DNA of 64,000 nt from Candidatus Doudnabacteria bacterium (GCA_963768175.1 CAVYGQ010000001.1:638305-702304), one strand, 5' to 3'; counted from the first letter of the stretch, positions 1-9,356 are shown. Made by a program: numbers and translations. The notes: generated by a model not told the origin, from the letters alone.

Positions 1-558
1 ACCAACAATTACGTGGCACGGATTGAAGATACGGCGCGTTTGCAAGCCGCGATAACTACCGCCAAATCTGAATGCGATTTTACTGTAGCAACCATGCACG
101 CGGGGACAGAGTATACCCGCACGCCAAACCAGGCGCAAATAACTTTTGCCCACGCCGCGATTGACGACGGCGCGGATTTAGTAATCGGCAGCCACCCGCA
201 CTGGGTGCAGCCCGTAGAAAAATACAACAATAAATATATCTTTTACAGCCTTGGCAACTTTATATTTGACCAAGCCTGGAGCCAAGAAACACAGGAAGGC
301 TTAACCTTAAAAATGACAATCAGCAAAGCTGATTGTCATCCCGAACTTGTTTCGGGATCCAGAACAATAGATTCCGGCTCGGAGGCCGGAATGACATGTG
401 GTGATAGCCTACAAGGCACGCGCACACCCGCAAAACTGGAATCCATAGAACTTATCCCCATTATTATCGCCAACTCCCAGCCCCGCCCGGCTACGGCGGA
501 AGAAAGCGCAAACATCTTAAAAAAAATCAACCTTTTAAACCCTATACTTAAGCCTTAA
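1..558 (+). CDS. CapA/PgsA-family metallophosphatase-like protein, C-terminal part (5' end lies outside the window)
   Basis: The ORF is open to base 1 in the frame of 13..558. It contains a GADLVIGSHPHWVQP...YSLGNFIFDQ motif typical of the CapA poly-gamma-glutamate-synthesis family. TAA stop. Confidence 0.55.
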   Translation, partial: TNNYVARIEDTARLQAAITTAKSECDFTVATMHAGTEYTRTPNQAQITFAHAAIDDGADLVIGSHPHWVQPVEKYNNKYIFYSLGNFIFDQAWSQETQEGLTLKMTISKADCHPELVSGSRTIDSGSEAGMTCGDSLQGTRTPAKLESIELIPIIIANSQPRPATAEESANILKKINLLNPILKP

Positions 559-600
559 ATTGTGCTAAAATATAAGGGCAAAGTATTAAAGTAAAAGTAT

Positions 601-1194
601 ATGGAAAAGAAACAAAAAGGACCAGTCTTAAATCGACGGCCAAAAAGCGGGTTTACCCCCACACCAAATTTTGGTGTGAGTTCCGACTTTAAGTCGGAAC
701 GGGGGTTTACCCTTATTGAACTTTTGGTGGTTATTTCCATTATTGCCCTTTTGGCGTCCATAGTTTTGGTGGCCCTAAGCAATTCCCGGGCCAAAGCCAG
801 GGATGCCAGACGCATTGCCGACATTAAGCAGTTAAGCTCTGCTATGGAATTATTCTATGGCGATTTCTATTCCTATCCGACGACTACGTCTTTGGTTGCT
901 GCCGGCACTACCGGGGCTTTTTCCGCGGGCACGCCCTGTGCCAACGGCACGGCCGGCTGCGTAAACTATATGGTCCCAACTTATTTAACCAAAATTCCAG
1001 TTGCCCCACTGCCGGCAGACGGCATTTGCGGCCAAGCTTACGGCAGCGGCATCTCAACCGCCAACGATTACCAATTCCTGTCGACTAACGCAAATACTAC
1101 CACAAGCACTTACCAAATTACTTTCTGTTTGGGCGGACAAACCGGCTCTTATATCCCCGGCGTGCACACGTTAACCCCTACCGGTATACAATAG
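601..1194 (+). CDS. Type IV pilin-like protein with a prepilin N-terminal cleavage/methylation domain
   Basis: ERG|FTLIELLVVISIIALLASIVLVAL is a class III signal motif. The leader from the ATG is unusually long (about 34 aa), and an in-frame GTG about 9 codons before the G|F site is an alternative start. The candidate leader region contains two small hairpins (661-678, 683-697). Confidence 0.75.
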   Translation: MEKKQKGPVLNRRPKSGFTPTPNFGVSSDFKSERGFTLIELLVVISIIALLASIVLVALSNSRAKARDARRIADIKQLSSAMELFYGDFYSYPTTTSLVAAGTTGAFSAGTPCANGTAGCVNYMVPTYLTKIPVAPLPADGICGQAYGSGISTANDYQFLSTNANTTTSTYQITFCLGGQTGSYIPGVHTLTPTGIQ

Positions 1195-1204
1195 TATGCC
1201 AAAG

Positions 1205-1253
1205 GAAAAACGGGGCATTGCGGGAGACGGCCAATCTCCCTGCCCCGTTTTTT
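1205..1253. terminator. Bidirectional rho-independent terminator between convergent genes
   Basis: aaaacggggcattgcgggagacggccaatctccctgccccgttttttt: a GC stem flanked by an A-run on the 5' side and a T-run on the 3' side. Confidence 0.6.
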
Positions 1254-1298
1254 TGATGCACTGAGCGCCAATGCCCGGCCTTCGGCATTTGCGGTACT

Positions 1299-1955
1299 TC
1301 ATGGTCTTGCGCGGCGTTTGCGAAAGAAAATCGCAACGCCGATTCCGCCCGCCAGAAGTGGCAGCGTGGACGGTTCCGGGACTGGGGCAGTCGTCAACTG
1401 CATCTCCAGTTGGAAGTTGTCAATCGGCGGGTAGCCGACTATCAACCTCGCAGGGTTGGCAATGTTACTGCCAACGAAAGCCGACCACGGTGCAGATCCA
1501 GCCGCTCCGGTGACGGAAACGTAAACGACCAAGGTCTCCCCCGAATTGTTGCTAATGGCAAACGGCGGCACCGCAAACGAGAACTGGTTAAAATTGCCGC
1601 TTGCGACAGTTAGGTTAACGGCTTGGTCAAATACCGTCACCGCGCCCGCCCCGTTCGTTGCGAAATCCGAGTCGAACGTTCCGACAGGGATGAGCGACAG
1701 CATGATATCAACCGTACCCTGGTACGCTCCGACGAAAGCCCCCGCCGGCAGGAAAGCGATGTTGGTGATGTCGCAGGCTGTCGCCAACCCGCAGGCATCG
1801 GACGGAAGGTCATAGGCCAGTTGCACTGGCGCCAACCCGTTGAAAGGGACGCCATTGTTAGAGCCTCCGCTCCCCAACACAATAGTTCCGGCGCATGCCG
1901 GAACCGCCGAAACTGCTAAAAACAAAAGCAAAACCAATGCGCAAATTACGCGCAC
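1299..1955 (-). CDS. Secreted protein with a C-terminal PEP-CTERM sorting signal
   Basis: N-terminal signal peptide MRVICALVLLLFLAVSAVPACA. C-terminus VPEPSTLPLLAGGIGVAIFFRKRRARP (PEP motif, TM helix, Arg-rich tail). The segment is GC-rich (about 58-60%) relative to its neighbours. Confidence 0.6.
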   Translation of the reverse strand: MRVICALVLLLFLAVSAVPACAGTIVLGSGGSNNGVPFNGLAPVQLAYDLPSDACGLATACDITNIAFLPAGAFVGAYQGTVDIMLSLIPVGTFDSDFATNGAGAVTVFDQAVNLTVASGNFNQFSFAVPPFAISNNSGETLVVYVSVTGAAGSAPWSAFVGSNIANPARLIVGYPPIDNFQLEMQLTTAPVPEPSTLPLLAGGIGVAIFFRKRRARP

Positions 1956-2168
1956 GCTTCTTCCTCCTCCTGCTCCTTTTGCCCGTCCAAAACTTAGCCA
2001 AACTAAGCGCTCTCACATTACGAACAGCCTGGCTATTTCCAACGCTTCGGGCTTAAGCGTGGATGTATTAATGTATCATAAAACGGTCAGTTAGTAAAGG
2101 CAACGGACTGCGGGTATAATTTTGACAAAATTGTACCCCCATGCGATAATAAATTTGATTCTTAATGA

Positions 2169-3156
2169 TTGTCGAATTGTTTTATGTATCTTAATCAATG
2201 GCGCAAACAGGAAATTGCTAAGTTAAAAAAACTTTATCCTATTTTAAGGGTTAAAGCGCTTGTTCCTTACTTTCCCAAACGGAACAAGGCCACGATAGCA
2301 ATGAAAGCTTTAAACCTGGGTTTACCATCTGCCAAATTATGGCATTTCCAGGAGAATGTAACCTTAAGAAAAAAATTTATTTCCGCTTCAAGGGACGAAT
2401 TATTAAAACTGCTGCCGGGCAGAACCTGGCCGGCCATAATGGCCCAAGGTGAAAGGTTAAAACTCAAAAGGAACAGGAAAAAACCAAGACTGAATATAAA
2501 CGAAAATTATTTCAACACGTGGTCGCCGAATATGGCTTATATACTTGGTTTTATATCGGCGGACGGCTGCATTATCAGAGGCACTTACAAAGGTTATAGT
2601 GATTCTCTTAAGTTCGGGGTTCAGCTAAAAGACAAGGATATTTTAGAAAAAATAAAAATAGAATTGCATTCCGAACACGCCATATCAATTATAAGAAACG
2701 CCGCTCATTATTGCGTTACCAGCCAAAAAATAGTTGACAGCCTTAAGGCTTTAGGCATAACATATCAAAAGAGTTTAAAAGAAACTGTCCCCGATGTCCC
2801 TGATAAATACATAAAAGATTTTATTCGAGGATTAATTGACGGGGACGGCGGGATATCTATTGACTGAAAAAACTACCCGACTTTAAGATTATACGGGGGA
2901 ATTAATACTGTAAATTTTGTCCGCGACTACTTTTTTGAAAATTTTAAAGCTTACTCCAGCATCGGAAAAAAACAATCCAAACTTGCGCCAAACATTTATC
3001 TCTGCTATATTGCCTATCGTACTAATACTGCGATTAAATTAATTAACTTCCTATACGGTAACGCGAAAATATTTTTAGACAGAAAATATAAACTGGCAAT
3101 GCGATGTTCCCAAATCCAAATAAGAAAAAGAGGCGGTCAAGCAATAATATATGAGT
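2169..3156 (+). pseudogene. LAGLIDADG homing endonuclease gene interrupted by one in-frame TGA (2865-2867)
   Basis: Two LAGLIDADG motifs (YILGFISADGCI and FIRGLIDGDGGI). After the TGA the same frame continues for about 95 codons (KNYPTLRLYGGINTVNFVRDYFFENF...KIFLDRKY) and ends in a TAA that overlaps the topA ATG. TGA is a genuine stop elsewhere in this window. Confidence 0.6.
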
Positions 3157-5571
3157 AAAAATCTTATTATAGTAGAAAGTCCCACAAAATCTAGAACTAT
3201 CCAAAAATTTTTAGGGCCCGACTATCAAGTCGAGGCTAGTTTTGGTCATGTTAGAGATTTGCCTAAAAGCAAAATATCTATTGATGTAAAAAATAACTTT
3301 GAGCCTGTCTATATTATCCCTCCCAAAGCAAAGGAAATAGTAGCTAAACTTAAAATTCTGGCCAAAGACGCTCCCTCTATTATATTGGCGACTGATGAAG
3401 ACCGCGAAGGAGAGGCTATTTCCTGGCATTTGGTGCAGGCTTTGGGTTTGGGCGATGAAGCGCAAATCGCACACGGCCGGGAAGATAAGCGCATAAAAAG
3501 GATAGTTTTCCACGAAATCACCAAAAGCGCGATAGACGAGGCCATGAAAAATCCCCGCGACATAGACCTAAATCTGGTTGACGCCCAACAGGCGCGGCGC
3601 GTTTTGGACCGGCTGGTCGGCTACGAACTCTCGCCGTTTTTGTGGCGCAAAATCCGCTATGGCCTTAGTGCCGGGCGCGTGCAATCGGTCGCGGTCAGGC
3701 TGGTGGTGGAACGCGAAAGGGAAATCCAAAAATTTAAAACCGAAGAATACTGGAGCATAGAAGCCAAGCTATCAAAAAACTCCCCCGCCTCCGGCACCCC
3801 CTCTTTAATTAAAGAGGGGGACGGGGGGAGTTCAAAAACCTTCATCGCTAAATTAAACGCGATAGACGGCAAAAGCGTCGGCAAAATGGATATAAAGGCG
3901 GAAGCCGGCGCCAAAAAAATTGTCGCCGATTTAAACGGCGCCGAATATAAAGTTGCCGATATTGCCACCAAAGAAACCAGGCGCACGCCCGCTCCCCCGT
4001 TTACCACTTCCACGCTCCAGCAGGAAGCCGCGCGGAAATTTGGCATGTCCGCCAAACAAACAATGGTCATTGCCCAACAGCTTTATGAAGGTCTGGACAT
4101 TGGCGAGCAGGGCTTGACCGGTTTAATTACCTATATGCGAACCGACAGCTTGAACTTGGCGCAGTCGGCGCTTTCGGCCATTGCCGATGTCATAAAAAAC
4201 GAATTTGGCAAAGAATATGCTTTGGCTCAGCCGCGATTTTACGCCAACAAGAGCAAAGGCGCACAGGAAGCGCACGAGGCCATCCGCCCGAGCGACATTA
4301 CCCGCAAGCCCGCCGACATCAAGCAATTTTTAGACAGAGGCCAGTATAAAATTTACGATCTAATTTGGAAGCGCACCGTTGCCTGCCAAATGCAACAGGC
4401 GATTTTGGAACAGACATCGGTGGATATATCGGCTACCCACTACCCACTACCCACTACCCACTACCTTTTTCGTGCCAATGGCCAAACCATAAAATTTGAC
4501 GGCTTCATCCGCGCCTATACCGAAGGCCGGGACGAAAAGGCCGAAGATGAAATAGAAGGCGTGTTGCCGGAACTTTTACTTGACGAAAAGCTTAAGCTCC
4601 ACGAACTTCTGCCTCTGCAGCATTTTACGGAAGCCGCTCCCCGCTACACGGACGCAACGCTAATTAAAGCCCTGGAAGCCGCCGGCGTCGGACGCCCTTC
4701 CACTTACGCGCCGACGCTTTCCACCATCCAAGACCGTGGCTACGTCCATAAACTTGATAAAAAATATAGCCCCACGGAAGAAGGCTTTTTGGTCAACGAC
4801 ATGCTGGTGGAAAATTTCCCCGAGATTGTGGATATTAATTTTACCTCCCACATTGAAGAAGAATTTGACGACATAGCCGAAGGCAAAATCAAATGGGTAG
4901 AAGTCATGCGTGAATTTTACGGCCCATTCAAAAAACACCTGACGGAAAAAGAGGCCAGCGTGGAAAAACAAGTGGAAGTTTCCGCCACGCCGTGCCCGCA
5001 CTGCGGCAAAATGATGATTATAAAATACGGGCGCATGGGCAAATTTTTGGCCTGCCCCGACCCCGAAAGCAAAGTCACCATGCCCATGCCGGAAGAAGCG
5101 GCCAAAATTAAAGAGCTGGAAGAAAAAACCAAGGGCGAAGTTTGCCCGATTTGCGGCAAACCGATGAATGTGCGGCGCGGGCGGTTTGGCTTCTTTTTGG
5201 GCTGCAGTGATTATCCCAAATGCAAAGGCATCAGCAAAATTTGGAATAAGACCGGTTATAAATGCCCGGCGTGTCTTGCGAAGCAAGAGGGTGAGCGAAG
5301 TCGAACCCCTAACGATGAAACCCGTCCCTCAACTCCTTCGGCTGAAGCCGAAGTTCGCTCGGGACAATCAGCAAAGCTGATTGGCGACATTGTGGAAAAA
5401 AAAGCCCGCGGCCGCGGCAAGCCATTTTTTGCCTGCACCCGCTTCCCCGATTGCACGTTCGTGATGAATGTTAAACCCGAGTCGCAACAACAACTTGACG
5501 GAGCCTACGCTAACTGGAAGACTAATCCGCCAAAACCAAAAAAAGTTTACAAGAAAAAAACCTCGGAATAA
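3151..5571 (+). CDS. topA: DNA topoisomerase I with multiple C-terminal zinc-ribbon domains
   Basis: 806 aa. TOPRIM domain (LIIVESPTKSRTIQKFLG, ATDEDREGEAISWH), catalytic region (YMRTDS), and CxxC...CxxC ribbons (CPHCGK, CPICGK, CPAC...FACTRFPDC). Confidence 0.9.
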   Translation: MSKNLIIVESPTKSRTIQKFLGPDYQVEASFGHVRDLPKSKISIDVKNNFEPVYIIPPKAKEIVAKLKILAKDAPSIILATDEDREGEAISWHLVQALGLGDEAQIAHGREDKRIKRIVFHEITKSAIDEAMKNPRDIDLNLVDAQQARRVLDRLVGYELSPFLWRKIRYGLSAGRVQSVAVRLVVEREREIQKFKTEEYWSIEAKLSKNSPASGTPSLIKEGDGGSSKTFIAKLNAIDGKSVGKMDIKAEAGAKKIVADLNGAEYKVADIATKETRRTPAPPFTTSTLQQEAARKFGMSAKQTMVIAQQLYEGLDIGEQGLTGLITYMRTDSLNLAQSALSAIADVIKNEFGKEYALAQPRFYANKSKGAQEAHEAIRPSDITRKPADIKQFLDRGQYKIYDLIWKRTVACQMQQAILEQTSVDISATHYPLPTTHYLFRANGQTIKFDGFIRAYTEGRDEKAEDEIEGVLPELLLDEKLKLHELLPLQHFTEAAPRYTDATLIKALEAAGVGRPSTYAPTLSTIQDRGYVHKLDKKYSPTEEGFLVNDMLVENFPEIVDINFTSHIEEEFDDIAEGKIKWVEVMREFYGPFKKHLTEKEASVEKQVEVSATPCPHCGKMMIIKYGRMGKFLACPDPESKVTMPMPEEAAKIKELEEKTKGEVCPICGKPMNVRRGRFGFFLGCSDYPKCKGISKIWNKTGYKCPACLAKQEGERSRTPNDETRPSTPSAEAEVRSGQSAKLIGDIVEKKARGRGKPFFACTRFPDCTFVMNVKPESQQQLDGAYANWKTNPPKPKKVYKKKTSE
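4434..4465. repeat. Tandem 7-bp repeat (tacccac, about 4 copies) inside the topA coding sequence
   Basis: acccactacccactacccactacc encodes THYPLPTTHY. The unit length is not a multiple of 3. Confidence 0.5.
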
Positions 5572-5583
5572 TCCGAGGTTTTT
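5559..5583 (+). terminator. Rho-independent terminator of topA
   Basis: cctcggaataatccgagg followed by ttttt. The TAA stop sits in the loop. Confidence 0.6.
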
Positions 5584-5589
5584 AAATTC

Positions 5590-5865
5590 CTATTTTGTAC
5601 CTTGTGCCCGAATTTGTTCCGATCTTTCACGAATTTTACCAGCCTGCTTATTATGTTCCTCAACTTTTGGATCATTGTCTGGATTTGGTGCCTCAGACCA
5701 TCCAAATCCATCTGGGTTAAAATTATATAATACTTCTTCGTCGGTCATCTCTGACAGCGGTTTATTCCTTGCACCACTTAATCTAACGGCTCTCTGATCC
5801 AATTCACTTTGTCTCTGATCTTCTGCCGCCATGTCTATTATTGGTCCGTTACCAAAATCACTCAT
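5590..5865 (-). CDS. Hypothetical small acidic protein
   Basis: 91-aa ORF in an AT-rich segment. No recognisable motif. Confidence 0.3.
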   Translation of the reverse strand: MSDFGNGPIIDMAAEDQRQSELDQRAVRLSGARNKPLSEMTDEEVLYNFNPDGFGWSEAPNPDNDPKVEEHNKQAGKIRERSEQIRAQGTK

Positions 5866-5936
5866 AAATTTTCCTTTCAGAACTTAGTTTATTCTTGCCC
5901 TTATAATACCCATTCTTTCTGCGAGTGTCAATCACA

Positions 5937-6075
5937 ATAAACATGGCGTCATCCCTTCGCTACGCTCAGGGCAGGATCCGAGGCCGAACTAAGAATGTTC
6001 TAGGTGGCCGAGGGATCTCATCGTGGTTAGAGATTCTTCGCCCTCAGATGCATTCGGGCTCAGAATGACGCCGTT
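5937..6075. repeat. Imperfect inverted-repeat element of the 'gagggatc/cattcgggctcagaatgac' family
   Basis: Inverted ends ggcgtcat...atgacgcc. Related short motifs recur at 6440-6490 (inside a CDS), 39440-39510 and 42400-42480. Confidence 0.4.
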
Positions 6076-6088
6076 AGATTTATTTTAA

Positions 6089-7354
6089 TTAATCATTCCT
6101 GCCGTAAATTTCCATCTCAAAAATTACGCACTTTAGAGCTTTATAAAATCCTATCAACGAAGCGTAATACCGCAAGTGCGCCAGCTTGTCTATAAAATAA
6201 GCCAGCCAGCCGGTTAAGTATATCCCGTTATAACTCATTATCGCCCACTTGCCGCCCACGTTAACAATAAAACCGTGCTTAATATTTTTATACGGCAACG
6301 GCGGTTTTTGGTTTTTTATAATATACGGCAAAGCGTAAGCTAAATATTTGGCTTGATCTTGCGCGTCTTGGGCCGAAGCGGGAACCGGCCTGCCTTTGCC
6401 GTCTAACACGGCGGCCATGTCTCCCAAGGCAAAAACGGCACCAGTGCCGTCCCGAACAAAGTGAGGGATCTTTCCATTGCTCACGACCTGGAAAAATTCG
6501 TTTACCGGCAAACGGCCATTTTTATCCAGCCCGGCAACTTCCATATGGCAATCGCAAGCCTTAATGCCCGTGCTCCAAATCAGGACATCGTAAGCGATTC
6601 TGTCTCCGGACATTAGCCCGACAAAATGTTCGTCAACCTCCGAAATTCTGGACGACAAACGGACCCGGACGCCAAGTTCCTGCAAACGGCCGAGGGCATC
6701 CCGGCTTAAACGGCTGCTTAAACCCGGCATCAAAATATTTGCCGCCTCAATAATTTCTATTTCAATTTTTTCCCGCGGGTACTGGTTCTTCCAGGCCAAA
6801 AAATCCGCCAAACCCTTTAGCTCCCCCACCAGCTCCACGGCCGTGTATCCCCCGCCGGCCATTACCAGGCGGACAGTTTTTTTGCTGACGTCAAACTTAT
6901 GCGCCTGGATGGCAAATTCTATTTGGTTGCGGATCCTTAAGGCATCGGGCAAATCTTTTAGGGCCAGCGCGTATTTTTGCGCGCCTTCAATGTTAAAAAA
7001 ATTACTCTCCGAGCCCAAAGCTAAAATTAAATAATCGTAATTGATTTGTTTATGGTCAAGCTCCAACTGTTTTTTTGCCGGATCGATATGCTTTAAACAG
7101 CTTTTAAAAAATCTGACATTCTTGCCTCTTAAAATTTCCGCAAAAGGCAAGCTTATGCTTTTTTTCATCTGGCTGATTGTGGCAAGCTCTTCTTCCGCCG
7201 AAGCAACCTCAAATAAATTTGGCGTGAATAAATGGTAATCGCGCTTGTCTATTAAGGTTATAGCGATGTTTTTGTTGCCCTTGAATTTTTTTTCCAAACC
7301 CAAAGCCGCCCCCAGCCCGCCAAACCCGCCTCCCACGATAACAATATTTGTCAT
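6089..7354 (-). CDS. FAD-dependent pyridine-nucleotide-disulfide oxidoreductase (type II NADH dehydrogenase-like)
   Basis: N-terminal Rossmann motif MTNIVIVGGGFGGLGAALGL and a second dinucleotide-binding motif (RLVMAGGGYTAVELVGEL). 421 aa. Confidence 0.7.
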   Translation of the reverse strand: MTNIVIVGGGFGGLGAALGLEKKFKGNKNIAITLIDKRDYHLFTPNLFEVASAEEELATISQMKKSISLPFAEILRGKNVRFFKSCLKHIDPAKKQLELDHKQINYDYLILALGSESNFFNIEGAQKYALALKDLPDALRIRNQIEFAIQAHKFDVSKKTVRLVMAGGGYTAVELVGELKGLADFLAWKNQYPREKIEIEIIEAANILMPGLSSRLSRDALGRLQELGVRVRLSSRISEVDEHFVGLMSGDRIAYDVLIWSTGIKACDCHMEVAGLDKNGRLPVNEFFQVVSNGKIPHFVRDGTGAVFALGDMAAVLDGKGRPVPASAQDAQDQAKYLAYALPYIIKNQKPPLPYKNIKHGFIVNVGGKWAIMSYNGIYLTGWLAYFIDKLAHLRYYASLIGFYKALKCVIFEMEIYGRND

Positions 7355-7431
7355 TTTTGTTTCAATTGTCTAACTTGGACACTTAAATAATAACACCGAT
7401 AAATAAAATCACAAAATTAAACGGCCGTAAT

Positions 7432-7968
7432 TTAATGTGATTTTTGCAAGTTGAATTTTCTTAACAATTCTGCGTCACTATCCACCTCTTCGACTTTCAA
7501 AATTCTAACATAATCTCTCAAGCCACTTTGGTTAAGATAAATAATCGCCTCTTTGTTTAACGGATACGGGCTAATGTAAACGCTGGCTTGGAGCTTGCAA
7601 AATTGATTTTGTTTTAGGAGCTTTCTTAAAATATTGCGTTTTTCTTTACTGTTTTCCGGAATATCAAATATAAACAAACGCCACCTGCCATCCCACTGCA
7701 AGGGCTTTTTTAATATCGATTTGGACATCAGAACTTCCAACTGTCCTTTGCTTGTCAGTTTAATAAATTTCCTATTATTTTTTTCTGTGACAGCTAATAA
7801 TTTTCTTTCAGACAACCGCCCAATCGCCTGACCAAACTCCCTTGCTGATAACTCTCTTTGTTTTAAAGCCAGTTTATAAGAAATGGCATAGGGATTATTT
7901 AGTAAACCGCGCAGATCGAATAAATTTTCTAAAATTAAATCGCTAAGAGAATAAGTTTTGTTGGGCAT
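7432..7968 (-). CDS. PaaX-like winged-helix transcriptional regulator with a Cas2/VapD-like C-terminal domain
   Basis: 178 aa. N-terminal wHTH-like region followed by WDGRWRLFIFDIPE...KRNILRKLL...LQASVYISPY. Confidence 0.45.
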   Translation of the reverse strand: MPNKTYSLSDLILENLFDLRGLLNNPYAISYKLALKQRELSAREFGQAIGRLSERKLLAVTEKNNRKFIKLTSKGQLEVLMSKSILKKPLQWDGRWRLFIFDIPENSKEKRNILRKLLKQNQFCKLQASVYISPYPLNKEAIIYLNQSGLRDYVRILKVEEVDSDAELLRKFNLQKSH

Positions 7969-7979
7969 AAATAAACATT

Positions 7980-8013
7980 ATCACATTATTTGACGGCCGT
8001 CAAATAATGTGAT
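7980..8013. promoter_or_regulatory. Perfect 34-bp palindrome (candidate operator) just upstream of the PaaX-like gene
   Basis: ATCACATTATTTGACGGCCGTCAAATAATGTGAT. A related half-site, cggccgtaatttaatgtgat, lies at 7421-7440 immediately downstream of the gene. Confidence 0.5.
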
Positions 8014-8024
8014 TTTGATAAAAC

Positions 8025-9280
8025 CTATTCGTATCTCATCGCTTCTACCGGATCCAGCATGGAAGCCGAGCGGGCTGGAAGCACGCCAAAGGAAATGCCG
8101 ATGGCCGCCGATACTCCCACAGCGAGTAAAATGGCATACATCGGCACGGAAAATGTCCAAGCGAGCCCGGAGGAAACGGCGATTAAAGAAATTACCCAAC
8201 CCAAAAGCGCGCCAAACACAATGCCGATAACTCCTCCAATGACGGTAACCAAAATTGATTCAATTAAAAACTCGTTTAAGATGTCGGAGTTTTTGCGCCT
8301 AAAGCTTTTTTCAGCCCGATTTCCGCGGTGCGTTCGGTCACCACCACATACATAATATTCATAATGCCCACGCCGCCGACGATTAAAGAAATAGCGGCAA
8401 TGGCAATCAGTAAAATGGTAATACCGTTAAAAATTACATTAAAGGTAGCCAGTGCCTGGGCCTGAGACTCTACTATGAAGTCGTCTTTGACCGGATCGGT
8501 AATGTTATGGTTATACTCCATCAAATTTTTTATCTGGCTGACGGTTACATCGGACAAATTGATATTTTGCACCTGGACAACGCCGATGACCAAGTAGTCT
8601 ATACCGAGAAGTTTTTTTTGCGCGGTGCCCAAGGGAATGTATAAACTGTCATCGGCCGTGCCACCGCCGGCAAAACCCAAAGAATTGTAAACTCCTATGA
8701 CCTGAAAATTTAAAGTGCCCACGTGGATGAATTGGCCCACCGGATCGGTTTGGTTAAACAAATCCTGGGCCAAGCTTGTGCCTAAAATCGCCACCTGGGC
8801 CGCGCCGTCGTCTTCGGCCTTGGTGTAAAAACGGCCTTCCTTTAAAGTGTGCTCGTCAATCTGGAATTTGCTGGCAGAAGCGCCGTAGTACAGTGCATTT
8901 TTGTCTACATTGCCGTAGCTTACAACCGCCTGGCCAATGACCTCGCCGTATACGCCTACGACATTATTTAGTTTTGCGATATCATCCAAATCCCGTTGCT
9001 TAAAACTGGTAATCTTTATGCCGGAAAAAGCCGCGGTATTCGGGCCAGCAACAGAACTGGCCGCGCGGTTTTTGGTGGTCGGCGGCACGCGCGTCTCGAT
9101 AAATAAAGTGTTGCTGCCTAAAGCATTGACTTGCGCATTTATCAAACTTCTAAAACCCGCGCCGGCGGACAGCACTAAAATAACCGTGGAAATGCCGATC
9201 ATAATTCCTAAAGTCGTCAACACAGTCCGTACCAAGTTGGCGGACAGGGCTTTAATGGATTGTCGTAATGCTATCATCAT
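8025..9280 (-). pseudogene. MacB/FtsX-family ABC transporter permease split by a single-base frameshift
   Basis: ORFs 8276..9304 (N-terminal part) and 8025..8252 (C-terminal part ...LDPVEAMRYE) together match the intact paralog 9357..10628. The frame shifts at a T5/A5 homopolymer near 8287-8291, and adding one base restores ...GAKNSDILNEFLIESILVTVIGGVIGI. The likely true start is MIALRQ near 9280, because the upstream MFVCLNVYM is encoded by an intergenic repeat. Confidence 0.7.
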
Positions 9281-9293
9281 ATAAACATTTAAA

Positions 9294-9355
9294 CATACAA
9301 ACATTTAAACATCATAGACTTTACTTATATGTTTAAATGCTTAAATGCTTGTATG
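9294..9355. repeat. AT-rich palindromic repeat at a gene junction inside an operon (catttaaacat / atgtttaaatg family)
   Basis: catttaaacatacaaacatttaaacat...atgtttaaatgcttaaatgcttgtatg lies exactly between the two FtsX genes. Confidence 0.6.
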
Positions 9356-9356
9356 A

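Noticed and set aside
2865-2867. In-frame TGA in the LAGLIDADG gene as evidence for genetic code 4 or 25
   Set aside because: TGA terminates well-defined genes in this window, namely the DGR target 21844..22710 and the pilin 60474..61058. No other conserved ORF needs TGA readthrough. Global recoding is unlikely. A pseudogene or a sequencing error is more likely.
3657-5286. Long antisense ORFs inside topA (3657..4070, 4660..5286) and inside dnaK/dnaJ (39650..40507, 37356..38144)
   Set aside because: These are shadow ORFs on the opposite strand of strongly supported conserved genes. They have low-complexity, repeat-like translations and no independent signals.
8276-9304. N-terminal MF(V/T)CLNVYM extensions on the FtsX and ABC ATPase ORFs
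   Set aside because: These 8-9 codons are encoded by the intergenic palindromic repeats (atgtttacatgcttaaatg...). The true starts are taken as MIALRQ and MNLIKVQ immediately after the repeat.
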